A DNA stretch of 30,404 nt. Origin: a virus. Lineage: Duplodnaviria; Caudoviricetes. Both the position numbers and the translations under genes were made by a program. The notes beneath the pieces are model-generated. The model saw only the letters and a list, made by a program, of their open reading frames with translations, had not been told where the DNA came from and did no database searches. Positions 1 through 7,182 of the stretch are shown piece by piece. The number at the start of each line of letters is the position of its first letter. The stretch's first letter is position 1. Location: IMG/VR virus record IMGVR_UViG_3300032250_000035, positions 1 to 30,404 of that record. One strand, written 5' to 3'.

Positions 1-443
1 AGTGATGCTAATAGGTTGCCACCTTCTGATGGAGAAGAAGATCCTTTAGGTTGCCCATCTTTAATCATATCTTGTGCTTGTTCTAGCACCGTTCCATCTA
101 TTACTGATGCAATAACAAATGGAAGGAGTTGTCCTAGCGTAAAGGTTTCATAGTAAACCTCATCACCTAACTGATAGCCAGACTTTTCTGCCTTGATCCG
201 GCGAGCATAACGTTCTGCTGCACGTTTCATCTGCCAAGCAATACGAGACTCGTTATGCTGGCGCTTCTTTACATCTGGTTCAGATAATAATTCTGTAGTC
301 CACTCTATGCGGCTAGGAGTCATAGCCCAGAGTAAACACTCTTGCCTAACGTCATCGCGTTCAACAAACTTATTGTATCGCTTAGACACTACTCCGGAAA
401 CAGAGTAAGCAATATCGTAGATAGCAGGATTTATCTCAATCAC
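1..443 (-). CDS. Sigma-factor-like (ECF/sigma70 region 2 type) protein, 3' end truncated by the window
   Basis: Hand translation from GTG at 443 (overlapping the upstream stop): MIEINPAIYDIAYSVSGVVSKRYNKFVERDDVRQECLLWAM...AWQMKRAAERYARRIKAEKSGY...; open to the window edge. The 'ERDDVRQE' motif resembles sigma region 2. Not in the ORF track. Confidence 0.6.
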   Translation of the reverse strand, partial: MIEINPAIYDIAYSVSGVVSKRYNKFVERDDVRQECLLWAMTPSRIEWTTELLSEPDVKKRQHNESRIAWQMKRAAERYARRIKAEKSGYQLGDEVYYETFTLGQLLPFVIASVIDGTVLEQAQDMIKDGQPKGSSSPSEGGNLLAS

Positions 444-753
444 AGTCAGCTTCTAGCGATTTAGGCCATACACCGTCTAATACCATCAGCGCAATAGCAG
501 AATAGTTAAGTAAGTCAATGAATGAATCTCGCAAACTTTCGTTCTCAGGCGTAGCACCGCTATCAATTAAGTGATTGATGCGTGCTGTCTTGTCGTGCAT
601 ACGTACACGCAACCCATTAAGTGGGCCACCAGGAGATAAAGATATATTAGTTGGGCCGTAGTCTCGATGCTTCTTTAGTAACAGATTACCTGCGCTATCA
701 AAGATCTCCCACATATCAGCAGCAAATTGGTTTACCTTGTTTTCATTGGACAT
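436..753 (-). CDS. Nucleotide-modification-associated domain 1 (Nmad1/DUF1599; MazG-like all-alpha fold)
   Basis: Motifs KKHRDYG, RMHDKTARI, ESLRDSFIDLLNYS. Start placed at ATG 753 (MSNENK), preceded by AAGGAG, rather than 834. Confidence 0.75.
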   Translation of the reverse strand: MSNENKVNQFAADMWEIFDSAGNLLLKKHRDYGPTNISLSPGGPLNGLRVRMHDKTARINHLIDSGATPENESLRDSFIDLLNYSAIALMVLDGVWPKSLEADCD

Positions 754-848
754 ATTAACAACGTCTCCTTTTCTAAGTCTGCTTGTAGTATCTGAAAGCC
801 CATATACTGAATAGTCTGTATAACCTGTAGCCATTCGTCTTTACTCAC
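732..848 (-). CDS. Small hypothetical protein (38 aa)
   Basis: GTG at 848 overlaps the primase stop; MSKDEWLQVIQTIQYMGFQILQADLEKETLLICPMKTR*. Fills the gap to the Nmad1 ATG at 753. Confidence 0.5.
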   Translation of the reverse strand: MSKDEWLQVIQTIQYMGFQILQADLEKETLLICPMKTR

Positions 849-1494
849 CCTTCTCACCTACTAACAAGGCTCGCGTAGCATCTGCTCCGTGTGCCAAGTA
901 GTAGTCATTGATATCCATACCTGGGGGTAGTGTAACAATTTGTGAGTTAAGTATCTCATTGGCGACACGCTTGGCGAACTCAGCACCTGGGTTAGTCCCA
1001 TCTTCTTTAACATCATTATCACCTACTACATATACAGTCTCGTAACCACCAAACAACTTAGGAAAGTGTGGCTTCCAAGCTTGCACCCCAGGTACTCCAA
1101 CTGCTGGAATACCTAGCATCCCGCTGGTGATAACTGTATCTAACTCACCTTCGCATATAACTATATAAGGCGATAGTGGCAGCACATCTGTAACGTTATA
1201 GAGGTGAGCCTTCTGTCCGGTAGGTGAACCATACTTAGGCTTGCCGTCATCTAGTCTGCGAAACTTAAAACCAACGCAACTATTATTGGCAGTGATATAA
1301 GGAATGGAAAGCCAGCCCTCGTGTATCTCGTGTCCGTTAATAGGTTCGACAACGCTACCTAACTGAAAGCGTGCGGCTACCTGTTCAGATATCCCACGTT
1401 CGCTTAGTGCGATTAGAGCCTCTGGAGTTATTTCCTGTGCGTATCGCTGCGCCGCTTCCATTAGCAATTTCGACTGCACGTTTGAGGCCATCAT
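841..1494 (-). CDS. DNA primase, TOPRIM catalytic subunit (split primase)
   Basis: ICEGELD and GDND TOPRIM motifs, LSIPY, FKFRRL...KY, GMDINDY. Confidence 0.9.
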   Translation of the reverse strand: MMASNVQSKLLMEAAQRYAQEITPEALIALSERGISEQVAARFQLGSVVEPINGHEIHEGWLSIPYITANNSCVGFKFRRLDDGKPKYGSPTGQKAHLYNVTDVLPLSPYIVICEGELDTVITSGMLGIPAVGVPGVQAWKPHFPKLFGGYETVYVVGDNDVKEDGTNPGAEFAKRVANEILNSQIVTLPPGMDINDYYLAHGADATRALLVGEKGE

Positions 1495-1762
1495 TAAACT
1501 CCATATTCTCTATAAGGCATACTAAATTAGCGGCGTTGCCTCCCCTACCGCACGTATGACAGTAGTACAAGTTGTCGTATGTATTAATTACGGCAGACCT
1601 GCGACTGTCATTATGTAAGCAACAACGTACAGCTGCTGACTTACCTTCTCTTACTTCACCACCATAGTGTAAAACTATTGCCGCTATGGGGATTGAGTTT
1701 GCATCAACGGAACCTTTGAACCTTGATGCCTTACGTGTCCTGCTCCAGTTTTGTGCTGACAT
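1385..1762 (-). CDS. Primase zinc-binding (CHC2-like) subunit
   Basis: RCCLHNDSRRSA...YYCHTCGRGGNAANLVCLIE.EFNDGL matches a CHC2 zinc finger. ATG 1762 follows AAGGGGTG. Confidence 0.85.
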   Translation of the reverse strand: MSAQNWSRTRKASRFKGSVDANSIPIAAIVLHYGGEVREGKSAAVRCCLHNDSRRSAVINTYDNLYYCHTCGRGGNAANLVCLIENMEFNDGLKRAVEIANGSGAAIRTGNNSRGSNRTKRTWDI

Positions 1763-1863
1763 ACACACCCCTTATAGTCGCACTTATCGTGCCAATTTGC
1801 AGCACGCTTCAGATGATTAGCTCGGTTCTCCTGGCCCGCTTTCAGGCAATTCAGGCAGATCAC
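1684..1863 (-). CDS. Small Cys/His-rich hypothetical protein (59 aa)
   Basis: GTG at 1863 overlaps the upstream TGA (GTGA); MICLNCLKAG...WHDKCDYKGCVCQH...; likely binds Zn. Confidence 0.65.
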   Translation of the reverse strand: MICLNCLKAGQENRANHLKRAANWHDKCDYKGCVCQHKTGAGHVRHQGSKVPLMQTQSP

Positions 1864-2018
1864 GCTGGCTCACTACCACCTTCGACCACCGCTTGTTCTG
1901 TGGCATCGGCTTCTTCTTGAACTTTGCTTTTTTCCACTTCTTCAACGGCTTGATTGTTGACGGCATTTGGGTCACTCCAAATCTGTGATGTACTGATTAC
2001 GCCTTCTGGTGTTGGCAT
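1860..2018 (-). CDS. Small acidic hypothetical protein (52 aa)
   Basis: ATG directly after the upstream TAA; MPTPEGVISTSQIWSDPN...EGGSEPA*; its stop overlaps the next start. Confidence 0.65.
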   Translation of the reverse strand: MPTPEGVISTSQIWSDPNAVNNQAVEEVEKSKVQEEADATEQAVVEGGSEPA

Positions 2019-2258
2019 TTATTTAACCTTTCTGATTGTGTATTTCTTATCTCCAAATTGGAGATACTGCTTAGACTCTTCTTCTTTCTCCATCAATATA
2101 CCTGCTTCAACTAAAGCAGCAATAAGCAAATTCTGTTTATTGATTAGACTGGTAATCGCTTCTGGAACGTAGCGCATATCTCTTAGATCTCTGTTCTGCA
2201 TATCCAGGTTGTGAATCTTATTCCATACTGCTTCAAATCTTTTATCTAACTTCCTCAT
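2019..2258 (-). CDS. Hypothetical protein (79 aa)
   Basis: ATG at 2258 overlaps the resolvase stop (ATGA) with AAGGAG upstream; MRKLDKRFEAV... Confidence 0.7.
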   Translation of the reverse strand: MRKLDKRFEAVWNKIHNLDMQNRDLRDMRYVPEAITSLINKQNLLIAALVEAGILMEKEEESKQYLQFGDKKYTIRKVK

Positions 2259-2611
2259 TGCTTCTCCTTCAGCCACTGGGTTAGGTCTTGGACTACCCAA
2301 GCCTTTTCTATTCCAGCGTTGCGACGCTTAACTACAACATAATGCAACGGCACTTCCCCAATACCGCGTGCCTTAGCGTAGTTAAGCGCCTCAACTTCTG
2401 CTTGCCTCCAGAACTCCGGCAAGTCTAGTCTCGCCGTGTTCTTGAGTTCTAGTATGTATGTCTTTCCCGCGACAACACATACTAAATCACCTTCGTCATC
2501 TTTGCCCGCTAGACGTAAGCGGTCAGCTACTTGACCCATAGATCGTAGCCACTTCATAACATCTATCTCAAAGGCAGCACCCTTAGCCTTATTGTACTTC
2601 GGGTTGCTCAT
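2255..2611 (-). CDS. Holliday junction resolvase (archaeal Hjc-like PD-(D/E)XK)
   Basis: NKAKGAAFE, DEGDL, ILELKN, VVVKRR motifs; start at MSNPKY. Confidence 0.85.
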   Translation of the reverse strand: MSNPKYNKAKGAAFEIDVMKWLRSMGQVADRLRLAGKDDEGDLVCVVAGKTYILELKNTARLDLPEFWRQAEVEALNYAKARGIGEVPLHYVVVKRRNAGIEKAWVVQDLTQWLKEKQ

Positions 2612-2759
2612 CTTTGCCTGTGTCATAGGTAGCGTTACCTTCTTCATCTATCTTAATCTTAATAACTTTCATCTGAATTAAAGCCATTACTAGACCAGCC
2701 ATATCTTCACTTAACCGCGTGATCTGATTTTGTAAATGTTGGTATTCTCTACTAGCCAT
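2589..2759 (-). CDS. Small hypothetical protein (56 aa)
   Basis: MASREYQHLQNQITRLSEDMAGLVMALIQMKVIKIKIDEEG...; overlaps the helicase stop and the resolvase start. Confidence 0.6.
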   Translation of the reverse strand: MASREYQHLQNQITRLSEDMAGLVMALIQMKVIKIKIDEEGNATYDTGKDEQPEVQ

Positions 2760-3600
2760 TTATCGCCTGCCTTGCTGCCCATAGTGCATCTCTTTGATAC
2801 ATCATTCCGTACTGATCATTATCGCCTATCTGACAGGCTGCATAATTTACATATAGTGTTGCATACTTTGAGGCATCAGCAGTGTGTGGCCCAAAGCGAT
2901 TCTTTACAGCAGCAACGCATAGAGTTGCTTGGCTTGGATCATAACCAAGGGTTAATATCAAAGCCGGTAACTGACTTACCTTGCCGTGAATAGCTCGACG
3001 AGCAGGTGGTTTAGACACAGATCCATACTCACTCTGTTCGCTGACGTGGTGCAGTACAAGTACGCAGGCTTCGGTCTTACGTGCCATATCGTGGAGTTCC
3101 ATCATTATCGCACGTAAACCGGCCCACTCGTTCTCTGTTTCTGCTGCCACGTTCATTAAGTTATCTATAACTATTAGTTCGGGAGCCTCACCATATAACT
3201 CCACGTATGCTTTTATCTCTAATTCGATATCGTCTAGTGATGGCGACGAATCAAAGACCCATTTAATATGCTTGAGTTTATCAAAATGTTTATCGTAGTA
3301 ATGACTATCGTGAGATAGATTCGCTTCTACTGATACCTGTGAATGACCTGATGCTTGAGCTGCTGCTCGCATCATCACAGTTGTGGTGTCTGTATCTGCT
3401 GAGAAAAACAGAGTTGGCACTTCTGCTTTCATCGCATAGATAAGGGCGAACATAGACTTACCGGCGTTAGGTGCGGCTGCAACCATACAGACTTGTCCTC
3501 TACGAAACTTAATCTGTTGCGCTGCTAGACCTGTCCACACGTCCGGAAGTGGTGTTGCCTTGGTGAGCACTCCACTCCAGGCGCGGGATAGATCAAGCAA
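2752..3600 (-). CDS. DnaB-like replicative helicase (RecA-fold motor domain only)
   Basis: Walker A AAPNAGKS, Walker B LIVIDNL, VLHH, KNRFG arginine-finger motif. Confidence 0.9.
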   Translation of the reverse strand: MLDLSRAWSGVLTKATPLPDVWTGLAAQQIKFRRGQVCMVAAAPNAGKSMFALIYAMKAEVPTLFFSADTDTTTVMMRAAAQASGHSQVSVEANLSHDSHYYDKHFDKLKHIKWVFDSSPSLDDIELEIKAYVELYGEAPELIVIDNLMNVAAETENEWAGLRAIMMELHDMARKTEACVLVLHHVSEQSEYGSVSKPPARRAIHGKVSQLPALILTLGYDPSQATLCVAAVKNRFGPHTADASKYATLYVNYAACQIGDNDQYGMMYQRDALWAARQAING

Positions 3601-3859
3601 CGTTTGGCTCCTCTAAGATTATGTTCTTTTGTTGACGGATTGCCCGTCGTTCGCTTTCTGTAGTCCCGCCCCAAATCCCGAAGCGTTCCTTATTAACTCC
3701 CCACTCTGCACATTCAATACGGTGAGGACAGCTTTTGCATATGGACTTAGCCATAAGCATTTCTACTGAGTTGCTAGTTCCATCTGACTTTTCAGGAAAC
3801 CAGAAGTCGCCACCGATTGAAGCGCAAGCCGGACTTTCATAGAACCGAGGCTCGCGCAC
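3593..3859 (-). CDS. whiB: WhiB-family Fe-S transcription factor
   Basis: C...CxxC-x5-C pattern (ACAS...ICKSCPHRIEC), FWFPE, and GIWGGTTESERR signature. Confidence 0.95.
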   Translation of the reverse strand: MREPRFYESPACASIGGDFWFPEKSDGTSNSVEMLMAKSICKSCPHRIECAEWGVNKERFGIWGGTTESERRAIRQQKNIILEEPNVA

Positions 3860-3862
3860 CGA

Positions 3863-4273
3863 TCATCGAACCCAGATAGTGTCGCACTTGTCTGTTGCAC
3901 CCTTTGGTGCAGCGCACATATAGCCCTTCCAAGGACCCTTTGCTGACGTACCAGTACGTAGAGCCATCACTCCGTGACGACAAGACTGGCTAGCATCGGC
4001 AGATGCAGGTTGATTGACACGATCATCTACTTGACTGATAGGTGTTGCGTTAAATGCTGCAGCGATTGATGCAACTGTTGGTGCTGGTGCTGGCGCAGCA
4101 GGGGCAACGCCACCGCTAACTTCTAGTCCGGTAGCACGAATGTTAGAAGCGTTCATTGCAAGATCTGCAAGACCTGCTTCTAATTCTGAAACACTTGCTG
4201 CATAAAGATTTACTAGAGTTCCGTTAGGTAAGCTGTAGTTAACTTGGAACTTTGTTGATTCTGGTGCTGGCAT
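3863..4273 (-). CDS. Hypothetical protein with C-terminal Zn-finger
   Basis: N-terminal domain, Ala/Pro linker, then CRHGVM...GPWKGYMC...KC. ATG 4273 follows GGAGG. Confidence 0.75.
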   Translation of the reverse strand: MPAPESTKFQVNYSLPNGTLVNLYAASVSELEAGLADLAMNASNIRATGLEVSGGVAPAAPAPAPTVASIAAAFNATPISQVDDRVNQPASADASQSCRHGVMALRTGTSAKGPWKGYMCAAPKGATDKCDTIWVR

Positions 4274-4274
4274 A

Positions 4275-5231
4275 TTACTTTCCTCCATTAGGTTTGATGT
4301 TTAATCTAATAGACTCTTTACCAACTGACTTCGGTACAAAGCCTAATAGTTTTTCTACTTGTTCAGAGTCAACTGTCTCACGACCTTTAACTGTTGTCCA
4401 ACTGATTTGAATACCACTAGCAGTAACGCCAGTAGTTCCCTCGAAGGATGACTTCAAGGAATCCTTTTCTTTCTCCAGCTCTTTAATTTTCTCGTCTAAC
4501 TGTAGATACTTCAATGCGTGTGTGTCAACTTCTGCGTCCTCAATCACGACTTCGCTGAGGACGATACGTTCTTTTATTAGGCCAACACAACCCATCTCAC
4601 CGGATGCGTCGTAGTACTGGCAATAGTTCTTGCAGAAACTAGCATCCTTTTCAGGGGCTGGTGCTTCTGTCAAAGCCTTGACATTACTTAGCCATTGCAA
4701 CGCCTCTAGTGCAGAGACTTCATCGTATGGTTCAGAGTGAACTTTGATATCTCGCTCATCACCATCACGTGCTATTGCTACTAGGTTGACAGTCTTAACA
4801 TCGTGACCGTTCTTAGATAGCAAGTAGCCATAGACCTGCACCTGCCAGCGCTGTTGCGCTGACGGGAAGTAACTTAGGTTCTTAACCTTGCTAGTTTTCC
4901 AGTCAATGACAGCACCGATACCAGGTACGAATAAATCAATGTGCGCTTTCATATCGCCATACTCAACTGCAGTCTCGACTAGGTAATCTTTACCTTCTGG
5001 ATCTAGTGTGGTGATTGCATCTTCAATGGCAGCGTGGATAGCAGTACCCATAATTGCAGCCAGCTTTGACTGCTTATCATTAGTCTCTGGCTGAGCATTT
5101 AACCGGTACCAAACCTTACGACGGCAGCCACCGATCTCTGATGGACCAACCTGCGTCTGCTTACTACGATCACGACCTGCATCTTTAGAGTGCAGTACGT
5201 GCAGTAGCAGTTCCTTCGGATCTGTAATCAC
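4275..5231 (-). CDS. Cas4-like PD-(D/E)XK exonuclease
   Basis: GPSEIGGCRRK, GTAIH, HIDL...IDWKT, QVQVY, and C-terminal CKNYC...C (1+3 cysteines, Fe-S type). Confidence 0.88.
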   Translation of the reverse strand: MITDPKELLLHVLHSKDAGRDRSKQTQVGPSEIGGCRRKVWYRLNAQPETNDKQSKLAAIMGTAIHAAIEDAITTLDPEGKDYLVETAVEYGDMKAHIDLFVPGIGAVIDWKTSKVKNLSYFPSAQQRWQVQVYGYLLSKNGHDVKTVNLVAIARDGDERDIKVHSEPYDEVSALEALQWLSNVKALTEAPAPEKDASFCKNYCQYYDASGEMGCVGLIKERIVLSEVVIEDAEVDTHALKYLQLDEKIKELEKEKDSLKSSFEGTTGVTASGIQISWTTVKGRETVDSEQVEKLLGFVPKSVGKESIRLNIKPNGGK

Positions 5232-5455
5232 GCTAGCTCCTTCTGAATAGCCTTAATAGTTTTGCAGGGATATCTATCCCCTACTATTCCGTGTTGACAA
5301 TGAGAACAAACCAATACAGGTTCATCGTTATATAAAAACTCTACTGGCTTATGTACTTCCAATACCGCACGAAGTGCAGCATATGGAGTTTCTAGCGTTC
5401 TACTATTTCTAAACTGTTCGCTGTCTATATCTGATAACAAGTCATAGTGTGTCAT
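5228..5455 (-). CDS. Hypothetical protein with CxxC
   Basis: MTHYDLL...ALRAVLEVHKP...CSHC...YPCKTIKAI; ATGA overlap with the upstream ORF. Confidence 0.75.
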   Translation of the reverse strand: MTHYDLLSDIDSEQFRNSRTLETPYAALRAVLEVHKPVEFLYNDEPVLVCSHCQHGIVGDRYPCKTIKAIQKELA

Positions 5456-5541
5456 CTGTGGTTGTCCTTCCAAGTCAAGTAATAGTCAAGAGCATACGCC
5501 CCGACGAATCCAAATAGCAAACCAAACAAGAATCCAATCAT
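5452..5541 (-). CDS. Small membrane protein (29 aa)
   Basis: MIGFLFGLLFGFVGAYALDYYLTWKDNHR*; ATGA overlaps at both ends; one hydrophobic helix. Confidence 0.65.
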   Translation of the reverse strand: MIGFLFGLLFGFVGAYALDYYLTWKDNHR

Positions 5542-6098
5542 TCTTCCCACCCTCTCTGTTGAATAACTAATTGAATCGGTGGACAGGTATTGATGTCAAG
5601 AACCGACGCGATCTTTACTGCTCTTTCTGCTACAACTTTTGCCATTAGCAAGGTCTTATACGATTGCGGCTTCAAAGAATAAAGATAACCCAGTGCATAA
5701 GAACCACCACTTCCTGCGGCGAATAGACCGTGCTCGCTTGCGTTAAACGATAAGTCCGGGCCTATAGAAAATAACATAGAATCAAAAGAGATTAGGTAGC
5801 AGAAGCTTGCTTCTTTATCCATCTCATACCCATTGTCCTTGAACGCCTGCTGGATACTTGGGATTATTTTCTTACCCATCCACTCGACAGGGTTGCCTCC
5901 CTTGTAGACCGGAGGCTTCCAACTATAGGTAAGGATATCGCCAGGGCGCGACTCACCCGTAACGCCAAGTAGATACTTCCCAACCTTAATAATCTTGGGC
6001 GTTTGCGTACTAATGACGCGTTGATCGTTATCGGTTATCTGACTATCTGCCGCGAGAACTACAAAATCAGGGCCGTTTATACCTACTAGAGTTGTCAT
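5538..6098 (-). CDS. Proteasome beta-subunit/HslV-like Ntn threonine protease
   Basis: From ATG 6098: M-TTLVGI...VVLAADSQIT...PKIIK...AAGSGG. After Met removal this gives Thr1, Asp17, a Lys near position 33 and the GSG motif of Ntn proteases. Confidence 0.88.
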   Translation of the reverse strand: MTTLVGINGPDFVVLAADSQITDNDQRVISTQTPKIIKVGKYLLGVTGESRPGDILTYSWKPPVYKGGNPVEWMGKKIIPSIQQAFKDNGYEMDKEASFCYLISFDSMLFSIGPDLSFNASEHGLFAAGSGGSYALGYLYSLKPQSYKTLLMAKVVAERAVKIASVLDINTCPPIQLVIQQRGWEE

Positions 6099-6132
6099 AC
6101 CAGCGAGCATATCACGGCGTGTCGTAAGACAC
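6099..6132 (-). promoter_or_regulatory. Leaderless promoter with TG-extended -10 and GACAC inverted repeat
   Basis: Minus strand reads GACAC-GCCGTGA-TATGCT-7 nt-ATG, with no Shine-Dalgarno. GTGTC-GTAA-GACAC palindrome at 6119-6132. Confidence 0.6.
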
Positions 6133-6218
6133 ATACTGGGCTACGGCTGATTACAATATGAGCCGTAGGCGAATAACAGTAGCGGCCCTAGAAGGGCCGA
6201 CGATAGGAGGCCCTGAAT

Positions 6219-6488
6219 ATGAGGCTCCGTCTACCAACCCTGCAGAAATTCATAGGCAGGCGTAAGCCCTACGATGGCATTCCTGAACCCTTTGGAGCCG
6301 ATCTGAGGGGCTTAGGCCCCGTCCACGCCTGTACCTGTGGCTGTATTGTCTTTACCATTATGGCAGCCTTTGAGGATTATGACATAGCTTGGTGGCATCT
6401 CGACGGAACCTGTACCAACTGCGGAAATCTGGTAACAATTCCCTGCCCTGTGGATAACCCTGATGGACCACAAGCTAACGAATATTGA
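6219..6488 (+). CDS. Small Zn-binding hypothetical protein
   Basis: AGGAGG RBS; DLRGLGPVHACTCGC...FED...WHLDGTCTNCG...PCPVD. Confidence 0.75.
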   Translation: MRLRLPTLQKFIGRRKPYDGIPEPFGADLRGLGPVHACTCGCIVFTIMAAFEDYDIAWWHLDGTCTNCGNLVTIPCPVDNPDGPQANEY

Positions 6489-6813
6489 TGAGTCTGCCAG
6501 GACTGGCACCTGCTCAATCTGTGGTCACACCAAGATTAAACTCAGAGACAAGAACAATCCACTCTCTAGCAGGTATAGATGCAAGACAGTTTACAAGCGT
6601 AATATTATCAACAGCCAGTACCCATATGCGGTACACAAGAAGGACACCTGCGAGCACTGTGGTTTCATCCCAGTCCACAGCAGCCAACTAGATGTAGACC
6701 ACATAGACGGAGATCGCTGGAACAATGACCCCTCTAACCTGCAGACCCTGTGTGCCAACTGCCACCGGCTAAAGACACACTTGCATAGAGATAACGACTC
6801 TGGTATTTTTTAA
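6463..6813 (+). CDS. HNH endonuclease with N-terminal CxxC module
   Basis: CEHCG...LDVDHIDGDRWNNDPSNLQTLCANCHRLKT. Confidence 0.9.
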   Translation: MDHKLTNIDESARTGTCSICGHTKIKLRDKNNPLSSRYRCKTVYKRNIINSQYPYAVHKKDTCEHCGFIPVHSSQLDVDHIDGDRWNNDPSNLQTLCANCHRLKTHLHRDNDSGIF

Positions 6814-6829
6814 TCACTGCGGCGAAATA

Positions 6830-6915
6830 AAAGTACCCGTCAGTGTGAGTGCTGGACACTACTCGCCTTGACGGCTTTACTTGATTGGTTTCAAGTAAGG
6901 AAGATATGGCGAGTT
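6830..6915 (+). ncRNA. Candidate structured RNA or 3' UTR downstream of the HNH gene
   Basis: CCGTCA/TGACGG and GTGAGT/ACTCGC stems (G-U favours the plus strand), then an 8-bp hairpin TTACTTGA/TCAAGTAA. Confidence 0.35.
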
Positions 6916-6930
6916 TTGTTCTTTCAGGCA

Positions 6931-6968
6931 TAAAAAAAGAAGCCCCCCACCCCGAAGGGTGGAGGGCT
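6931..6968 (-). terminator. Rho-independent terminator of the late/lysis operon
   Basis: Minus strand AGCCCTCCACCC-TTCG-GGGTGGGGGGCT followed by TCTTTTTTT; cUUCGg tetraloop. Confidence 0.9.
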
Positions 6969-6987
6969 GTAGCCTCGCAGTCAAACT

Positions 6988-7182
6988 TTACTTAGACTTA
7001 CGACCATACTCTGAAGCATTTGGATCCAACGCCTTGAGCAGTGGACCTGCAATAGCAGCGATACCTGCTGTTGCTAGTGCCTTTGGATCTGTTACTCCTG
7101 CAAGGTATAGCGCAATTACTGAAGCTACTCCTGCACGAAGGTATGTTGCGAGCATTGATTTCATCTTTGCGTTCATTTTCAT
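6988..7182 (-). CDS. Holin-like membrane protein
   Basis: Two hydrophobic segments, ALDPN..YGR tail, directly after the endolysin. Confidence 0.7.
   Translation of the reverse strand: MKMNAKMKSMLATYLRAGVASVIALYLAGVTDPKALATAGIAAIAGPLLKALDPNASEYGRKSK

Noticed and set aside
1860-2018. Pup-like tag (small, acidic, GG near the C-terminus) as partner of the proteasome subunit
   Set aside because: It ends GGSEPA rather than GGQ/GGE, lacks the Pup C-terminal consensus, and no PafA/Dop is present.
4275-5231. CRISPR-Cas system suggested by the Cas4-like gene
   Set aside because: No repeat-spacer array or other cas genes were seen; solo Cas4-like nucleases are common phage recombination proteins.
6147-6180. 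Hammerhead-ribozyme-like string CTGA...TGA-GCC-GTA-GGC-GAA
   Set aside because: The CUGANGA core is interrupted by 8 nt, GAAA is GAAU, and stems I and III with a UH cleavage site cannot be built.
6158-6265. 35-aa plus-strand ORF MSRRRITVAALEG...
   Set aside because: No RBS, the ATG abuts the -10-like TACAAT, and it overlaps hairpins and the better-supported ORF at 6219.
6734-6931. Minus-strand 65-aa ORF from the track
   Set aside because: It starts immediately after a strong terminator U-tract, has no RBS, and is antisense to the HNH gene.
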